From an uncultured Gammaproteobacteria bacterium (GTDB lineage: Bacteria; Patescibacteriota; Microgenomatia; Levybacterales; UBA12049): a stretch of DNA of 64,000 nt. Positions 58,236-64,000 of the stretch are shown here, piece by piece (the stretch's first letter is position 1; every line of letters starts with the position of its first letter). The DNA lies in the NCBI GenBank assembly GCA_964610465.1, contig CAZSWA010000005.1, positions 8,456 through 72,455 of the forward strand, written 5' to 3'. A program made the translations under genes and the position numbers. A model generated the notes under the pieces. That model was not told where the DNA came from. It saw only the letters and a list, made by a program, of their open reading frames with translations, and did not search any database.

Positions 58236-59194
58236 TCCATTTTGAAGAAATAGCCGATAAGGATTTTCATATCTTTTTAAAAGACTTAACTAGTCATTTT
58301 ATCTATACATTGGGAATAATTTTTGTTTCATCAATCATTACCTACGTTGCCGTTATCTTTTTTCTCAAAAGCAATATTAAACTTTTGTCTTCACCAAAGA
58401 TAACAAACACTGTTGTTCTTCCTAATCCGAAAGAAGATTTATATGTTGAGAAGGGAAGCCCTTATGACGATAGAACAGTGGGAAGTGAAAGCGCAGATGT
58501 CATTTTTCATGGCCCAAGGAACAAAAAACAAATTGCAATTACATTTGATGCAGAGATGACAGACGGGATGAAGGCTGCATATCTTTCAGGACAAGTAAAA
58601 AGCTCATATGATAAACGCATTATTGATATTCTCAATAAGACTCATACCAAAGCAACACTTTTCTTAACAGGCATGTGGATTGAGTTGTATCCTAATGAAA
58701 CGAAAGAGTTTTCTGAAAATCCATTATTTGAGTTGGGGAGTCATTCATATACTGATAGTTCATATCACGGATTTTGTTATGGCTTAAAACAGATTCCATC
58801 AACTCTAGCAATTGAAGAAATCGGTGCAACTGAAAAACTTCTTAGAGAACATGCTGGAATTGATAATAGACTTTTTCGATTTCCAGGAGGATGTTATACT
58901 CCAGATGACGTAAAACTGGTCAATCAAGCCAATGATATCGTAGTGCATTGGGATGTAGTTGGAGCAGATGGATTTAATACAAATACCAGTCAAATTATCA
59001 GAAATGTTGTTGATAATACTCAAAATGGGTCCATTATTGTTCTTCATATGAACGGAGCACCAACAGCACCAAAAACAGCAGATGCATTACCGGAAATAAT
59101 TTCAGAGCTGAAAGCAAAAGGGTTTGAATTTGTCAAAGTAAATGAATTATTAGGTATGCCTCCTGAGCCACATGATAGAAATTATTACAAATAG
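58232..59194 (+). CDS. Polysaccharide deacetylase (NodB homology domain), membrane-anchored. GTG start overlapping the upstream stop.
   Basis: NodB-like motifs ITFDAEM(TDG), GSHSYTD, LFRFPGG, IVLHMNG. N-terminal TM segment. Confidence 0.7.
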   Translation: MIHFEEIADKDFHIFLKDLTSHFIYTLGIIFVSSIITYVAVIFFLKSNIKLLSSPKITNTVVLPNPKEDLYVEKGSPYDDRTVGSESADVIFHGPRNKKQIAITFDAEMTDGMKAAYLSGQVKSSYDKRIIDILNKTHTKATLFLTGMWIELYPNETKEFSENPLFELGSHSYTDSSYHGFCYGLKQIPSTLAIEEIGATEKLLREHAGIDNRLFRFPGGCYTPDDVKLVNQANDIVVHWDVVGADGFNTNTSQIIRNVVDNTQNGSIIVLHMNGAPTAPKTADALPEIISELKAKGFEFVKVNELLGMPPEPHDRNYYK

Positions 59195-59227
59195 AAGAGG
59201 CTAAGATTTTAATTAAATCTTTTTCTT

Positions 59228-59428
59228 TTAAGTTTGAGGTGAACCTTTCCATGCTTTTCCCAGTTTTCTTCGTTGTCTTTCAGGATTCGCCAGCGGTAAT
59301 TGATTATCCTGTCTCAAATTGTAATAATCTTTTTTTCCGAAATACGTGTTCGTGCGAAGTTTCTGGAGATTTTTATATGCTGTAGCAGAAAAATCAAGCC
59401 CCGAATATTTATATTGTTCCTTTGCCAT
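59228..59428 (-). CDS. Possible small basic protein (66 aa) of unknown function
   Basis: Only an ORF in an otherwise non-coding 330-bp spacer. Basic composition. No recognisable motif. Confidence 0.25.
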   Translation of the reverse strand: MAKEQYKYSGLDFSATAYKNLQKLRTNTYFGKKDYYNLRQDNQLPLANPERQRRKLGKAWKGSPQT

Positions 59429-59523
59429 AACTCATAAATAATATTTTATACCAAAATATTTAAAACACGCAACTGGTAAATATTCCTTTTGAAGCTAATT
59501 TATGGTAAGATAGAAAGACTCAT

Positions 59524-62244
59524 ATGAATATTTTAGCCAAATTTTTTGATACCAACTCACGAGAAATTACCCGATTTAAACCAATTATTGAGAGAATAAA
59601 TAATCTTGAGGAACAGTATAAAAAATTAAAGCCTACTGATTTTCCTAAAAAAACAGAAGAGTTTAAAGACAGAATCGCAAATGGACAATCACTTGATATG
59701 GTATTGCCTGAAGCCTTTGCATTAGTCCGGGAAGCAGCAAGACGCACAATTAGTCTTCGGCATTTTGATGTGCAGCTTATGGCAGCAATTACCTTGGCTG
59801 AAGGGAAAATCGCAGAACAAAAAACAGGAGAAGGAAAAACACTTTCCGCAATCCCAGCACTCTATTTGCATAGCCTGACTGGAAAAGGAGTACATCTTGT
59901 CACAGTCAATGATTATCTGGCACGACGTGACGCAGGATGGATGGGACCAATTCTTCATTTTCTAGGAGTATCAGTTGCATCAATTATCAATGAAACGTCC
60001 TACCTCTTTGACCCGGAATATACTGACACCCAGGCGATTGATTATCGACTCCTTCATCTTAGACAAATAAGCCGTCAGGAAGCATATAAGGCAGATATTG
60101 TCTATGGCATCAATTCAGAATTTGGTTTTGATTACTTGCGGGACAACATGGAACAAGATATCCACAATCTTCGACAGCGTGACTATTATTATGCAATTGT
60201 TGATGAAGTTGATTCAGTACTTATTGATGAAGCAAGAACTCCTCATATTATTTCAGCACCCGACGAAGCGCCATCTCAACGCTATTATGAATATGCTAAA
60301 GTAGTTGAAAAGCTTGTCCCAGATACTGATTATAAAATTGATGAGAAATTACGAACAGCCCATTTGACTGATCATGGCATAGGCAAGATTGAAAAACTCT
60401 ATGGTATTGCGGATATTTATGAGAAAGATTTTGATACTGTCTATCATTTGGAAGCAGCGCTCAAAGCTCGTGCCCTTTTCCATCGCGAGAAAGATTATAT
60501 TGTGAGAGACAATCAAGTAATCCTTGTTGATGAATTCACGGGTCGTCTTATGGAAGGTCGCAGACTTTCAGAAGGAATTCATCAGGCAATAGAGGCAAAA
60601 GAACGAGTCTCCATTCAAAGAGAATCAAAAACTCTGGCAACTGTGTCTCTTCAGAATTATTTCCGAATGTACGAGAAACTTGCGGGCATGACTGGAACTG
60701 CAGTGACAGAGGCAGAGGAGTTTAAAAAAATCTACAAACTTGATGTCGTAGTTATCCCAACGCACCGTCAAGTAACCCGTATCGATAATGCTGATGCAGT
60801 CTACAAAACAACCCGAGCCAAATATTCAGCAGTAGCAGTAGAGATTGAAAAAACGCACAGACGCGGACAACCGGTACTTGTCGGAACTACATCAATTGAA
60901 AAAAATGAAATTATTTCAGAGCTTCTCAAAAGAAAAGGGATAAAACATGAAGTATTAAACGCCAAGAATCATCCACGGGAAGCACAAATTATTGCCCAAG
61001 CCGGTAAAAAAGGCGCAGTAACGGTTGCAACCAACATGGCAGGCCGGGGTGTTGATATTATTTTAGGCGGAGATACGCCAAAACAAGATAATGGTTCTGC
61101 AAAGCAGAATACGCCGGAATGGAAAGCATGGGAGAAAGAGCATGAGGAAGTACTAAAGCTTGGGGGATTGTATGTTATCGGTACAGAGCGCCATGAATCA
61201 CGCCGCATTGATAATCAGCTTAGAGGTCGTGCAGGACGTCAGGGAGATCCAGGAACTTCACGTTTTTTTGTCGCCTTGGATGATGAGATCATGAGACTTT
61301 TTGGAGGAGATAGAATCGCCGGTATTATGACACGTTTTAATATGCCGGAAGATGTTCCTCTTGAGCATCCATTAGTGTCTCGAGCAATAGAGAACGCTCA
61401 GGTAAAAGTAGAAGGATTTTATTTTGATTCCCGTAAACATCTTGTTGAATATGATGATGTACTTAATAAACAAAGAGAAATTGTCTATAAATTGAGAAGA
61501 AAAGTATTAGAAACAGCAGCAGAATCAGGTGAAGCAATAAAGCTTGAAGTAAAAAAGAGATTGTCAGATGCAATTACGACCCTTGTTACTATTTCTCCTG
61601 CCAATGCATATGATGGGCATGCATCAGTGAATGAAAAAATTATTTCAGATTTTATCACGATAATTCCTTTTGATGAGATATCACAAAAACAGCTCGTAAC
61701 GCAGCTTGAACAACTGCATACATCAGAACAAAAAATCGACTTTCTCAATAAACTGACAAATGATGTATATGAACAAAAGGAAAAACAAGTGGGCGAAACG
61801 CTTATGCGGCAAATTGAACGGTTTGTGATGCTTTCTGTGATTGATAATTTGTGGATGAATCATCTGGATGCGATGGATAATTTGCGACAAGGTATTGGTC
61901 TTCGAGGATACGCACAAAAAGATCCGTTAGTTGAATACAAAAATGAAGGATTCCGTATGTTTGAACAACTGATGTGGGGAATAGATGATGAAATAGTTCA
62001 TAGAATCTTTAAGTTCCAAGTACAACCATCTGATGCTCCAGCTCCACAACCTCAACCTACTCATATAGATATTCATGCGATAACAAATGCACCGGCGAGT
62101 GAAATAGGAGAAGATGCAGCACAAAAGGCAAGACAATTACAACAACAGCATTCTTCAGAAAAAAAACTCGGCCGCAATGACCCTTGCTGGTGCGGAAGCG
62201 GCAAGAAATGGAAAAAGTGTCACTACCCATCCCTTGGACAATGA
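59524..62244 (+). CDS. secA: Preprotein translocase ATPase SecA with a C-terminal zinc-binding motif
   Basis: MNILAKFFDTNSREI..., Walker A GEGKTL, DEVDSVLIDEARTPHIIS and C-terminal CWCGSGKKWKKCH. Confidence 0.95.
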   Translation: MNILAKFFDTNSREITRFKPIIERINNLEEQYKKLKPTDFPKKTEEFKDRIANGQSLDMVLPEAFALVREAARRTISLRHFDVQLMAAITLAEGKIAEQKTGEGKTLSAIPALYLHSLTGKGVHLVTVNDYLARRDAGWMGPILHFLGVSVASIINETSYLFDPEYTDTQAIDYRLLHLRQISRQEAYKADIVYGINSEFGFDYLRDNMEQDIHNLRQRDYYYAIVDEVDSVLIDEARTPHIISAPDEAPSQRYYEYAKVVEKLVPDTDYKIDEKLRTAHLTDHGIGKIEKLYGIADIYEKDFDTVYHLEAALKARALFHREKDYIVRDNQVILVDEFTGRLMEGRRLSEGIHQAIEAKERVSIQRESKTLATVSLQNYFRMYEKLAGMTGTAVTEAEEFKKIYKLDVVVIPTHRQVTRIDNADAVYKTTRAKYSAVAVEIEKTHRRGQPVLVGTTSIEKNEIISELLKRKGIKHEVLNAKNHPREAQIIAQAGKKGAVTVATNMAGRGVDIILGGDTPKQDNGSAKQNTPEWKAWEKEHEEVLKLGGLYVIGTERHESRRIDNQLRGRAGRQGDPGTSRFFVALDDEIMRLFGGDRIAGIMTRFNMPEDVPLEHPLVSRAIENAQVKVEGFYFDSRKHLVEYDDVLNKQREIVYKLRRKVLETAAESGEAIKLEVKKRLSDAITTLVTISPANAYDGHASVNEKIISDFITIIPFDEISQKQLVTQLEQLHTSEQKIDFLNKLTNDVYEQKEKQVGETLMRQIERFVMLSVIDNLWMNHLDAMDNLRQGIGLRGYAQKDPLVEYKNEGFRMFEQLMWGIDDEIVHRIFKFQVQPSDAPAPQPQPTHIDIHAITNAPASEIGEDAAQKARQLQQQHSSEKKLGRNDPCWCGSGKKWKKCHYPSLGQ

Positions 62245-62278
62245 TCCTGAAAGAATTAGTAAAGAATAGCTATTGTTT

Positions 62279-63976
62279 TTATCTTGAAGATTTTACCGTA
62301 ATACTTTTAGATGCTGTATTGCCTGTTGGATCAAATGCTCTTGCAGTAATCGTATAAGTAATACTGGATTTATTAGGGACATTCCATCCACAATTATATG
62401 GTGATAGTATGTCAGTACATAAGAGAGTTCCATTTACCAGTATTTGTACTTGTGTAACATTGACATCATCAGTTGCAGAGACTTTTATTACTATTTTTGT
62501 ACCTTTTGTCACAATACTATTATTTGTAGGATTGGTAATAGCTACTATTGGTGGTGTTGTGTCAGGAGGAATCGGAGTAGGTGTTGGCGTATTTGTCGGC
62601 ATTGGTGTACTAGTTGGAGTATTTGTTGGGATAGGTGTAGGAGTGAAAGTTGGAGTATTTGTTGGGATAGGTGTAGGAGTGAAGAATGGTGTTGGAGTCG
62701 GAATACCATTAGTACAATATCCAGGGGGTGGAGTTTGGATACCATTTGTATAGTTATAGAGTGTATCTAAGGATGGCCAATTCGCACTATTATTAAGTAC
62801 ATTCGCATACCATTCAATTGCTGATGTACGGTAACAATAAGCTAATTGAATAGTGGCCGGTAAATCGGAAGTAGTTAGACCGGATTGTGTCTGCCATTGA
62901 ATGAAATAGTCTGTTGGCCAGGAAGTTCCATCAGTTGCTTGTTGACCTGCATGCGCATAAGCATATTGGATACTGGAACAGGTCTGAGCAAAATCACACA
63001 CTCCTCCTGATAAACTCTGCGTTCCAAAGCCAAACCCTTTCTCAAGTGCCCAGAAACTTGCTGTTTGCTGCCAGCTCTCACCACTTACTCCTGTTACCGG
63101 GTCAACCCCACTATTTTTTGCTCCCCAGAAGCTATTAATCCCAAAAACTGTCTGAGTGGCACCATGATGTGTCCCTTTCCCAAACTGGCTAAAATCATTT
63201 TGACAAGTCGGTAAGGCATAATGCTGCCAGTTAGTAATATACTTATCCCAAGTGAACCCAAAAGTTGTATTGAAGTAATTCCATCGAGTATTTTGTGGAC
63301 CGTGACGAAGAGGGAATGATTCTCCGCCAAAACCAATAGCGCATCTGTCATACAATAATCTATCTTGATAATTCTGTGGAAGTGTTGCTATCCAAGATGC
63401 AACCTGGTCGACAAAATTCGTTTTCCAATCTTGTTGCCAAGTACCAGACCAATAGGCTGGTACTGCAGAGCCATCGTCTGTATCGCAAAAAAGTGCAGAC
63501 TGACTTGCTAATTTTTGTACTTCATAATCAGGGATTTCTTGTACTCCCCAGGAAGTATCTGAAGTACAGCCCGTGCTTTGTCCATTGTCTGCAATATCTT
63601 CTGTAACAATTGACCAAAATATAGGATGATTTGCACTAGTCATCAATTTATCAAGTTCATAACGATACATTGAAAAATCATAAACTCCAGGAGAAGGGTT
63701 TACTCTCGCCCAAATAACTTTCATCATAGCATAATTTCCGTCAGGATTAGTAAGAATTGCTTGATTAAAGTTCAAAGGATCTGTTGAAGCTGAATCAAAC
63801 TGTCCATTTACTTGAATAGGAGTCTGGGGATTCGAGCTTGCTGCTGCTCTTAAGGAAAGAGGTTTATTTCCATGAAAAGTACGCATTAAGAAAAGTATCG
63901 TGAGAGAAAAAAACGCAACAATAAAAAAACTTGACAGATATTTAAAGTTTATATTATCTTTTTGAGGTTTCTTCAC
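62279..63976 (-). CDS. Secreted or membrane-anchored protein with a large N-terminal domain of unknown function (possibly carbohydrate-active), a tandem P/T-rich linker and a C-terminal Ig-like domain. The N-terminus lies close to the window edge.
   Basis: N-terminal TM/signal segment FIVAFFSLTILFLM. PT repeats TPTPIPTNTPTFTPTPIPTNTPTSTP. C-terminal beta-rich domain VTKGTKIVIKVSATDDVNVTQVQILVNGT. Confidence 0.6.
   Translation of the reverse strand: MKKPQKDNINFKYLSSFFIVAFFSLTILFLMRTFHGNKPLSLRAAASSNPQTPIQVNGQFDSASTDPLNFNQAILTNPDGNYAMMKVIWARVNPSPGVYDFSMYRYELDKLMTSANHPIFWSIVTEDIADNGQSTGCTSDTSWGVQEIPDYEVQKLASQSALFCDTDDGSAVPAYWSGTWQQDWKTNFVDQVASWIATLPQNYQDRLLYDRCAIGFGGESFPLRHGPQNTRWNYFNTTFGFTWDKYITNWQHYALPTCQNDFSQFGKGTHHGATQTVFGINSFWGAKNSGVDPVTGVSGESWQQTASFWALEKGFGFGTQSLSGGVCDFAQTCSSIQYAYAHAGQQATDGTSWPTDYFIQWQTQSGLTTSDLPATIQLAYCYRTSAIEWYANVLNNSANWPSLDTLYNYTNGIQTPPPGYCTNGIPTPTPFFTPTPIPTNTPTFTPTPIPTNTPTSTPMPTNTPTPTPIPPDTTPPIVAITNPTNNSIVTKGTKIVIKVSATDDVNVTQVQILVNGTLLCTDILSPYNCGWNVPNKSSITYTITARAFDPTGNTASKSITVKSSR
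62560..62720. repeat. Tandem ~33-bp DNA repeats encoding the P/T-rich linker of ORF 62279..63976
   Basis: gttggagtatttgttgggataggtgtaggagtgaa occurs twice in tandem, with related flanking copies. Confidence 0.7.
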
Positions 63977-64000
63977 AAAATTATAAGCTATATATTTTTA

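Noticed and set aside
62409-62770. Plus-strand ORFs 62409..62753 and 62444..62770 rich in GVGV/CR repeats
   Set aside because: They are antisense shadows of the tandem P/T-linker repeats of the minus-strand gene 62279..63976.

Overview
This 64 kb window is low-GC (roughly 37-40% by eye) and densely coded, with short intergenic spacers and many overlapping start/stop codons. The gene content and protein architectures suggest a small-genome Gram-positive-like or CPR/Patescibacteria-like bacterium. Supporting this are short IF-2, LepA and AlaRS, low-complexity tails on S12, S20 and PNPase, a sortase and many S/T/P-rich surface proteins. I recognise these conserved blocks: nusA-infB-(DHH-like)-rpsO-pnp; a Lon-like ATPase and RNase J; ftsK and a rodZ-like gene; mltG, a thymidine-phosphorylase-family enzyme and a sortase; alaS divergent from rpoB-rpoC-rpsL-rpsG; two tandem cyclophilins; lepA; groES-groEL; murJ; rpsT; serS; a beta-lactamase/DD-peptidase-fold LysM protein with a polysaccharide deacetylase; and secA. 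I found no rRNA, tRNA, CRISPR array, transposase or integrase.

The most unusual part is the first ~12 kb. It holds a small protein carrying a ~60-aa repeat that recurs twice in the C-terminus of the adjacent Clp/Hsp100 ATPase. That ATPase is ClpB-like in NBD2 but lacks the M-domain and any ClpP-docking loop, and has Q/N/Y-rich prion-like N- and C-terminal tails. Next come a membrane-anchored S8 subtilisin and a second Clp paralogue whose first ATPase module has degenerate Walker A/B motifs and a hydrophobic N-terminus. The last gene is a ~1000-aa secreted vWA/SdrD-B-repeat protein. Other oddities are a Lon-like AAA+ module with no protease domain, a GC-rich Cys/His-rich orphan ORF sitting where fusA/tuf normally follow rpsG, and a cluster of inverted repeats beside that orphan ORF. 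There is also an HExxH protein of unknown family, and a LAPTG-bearing PKD surface protein that could be a sortase substrate.
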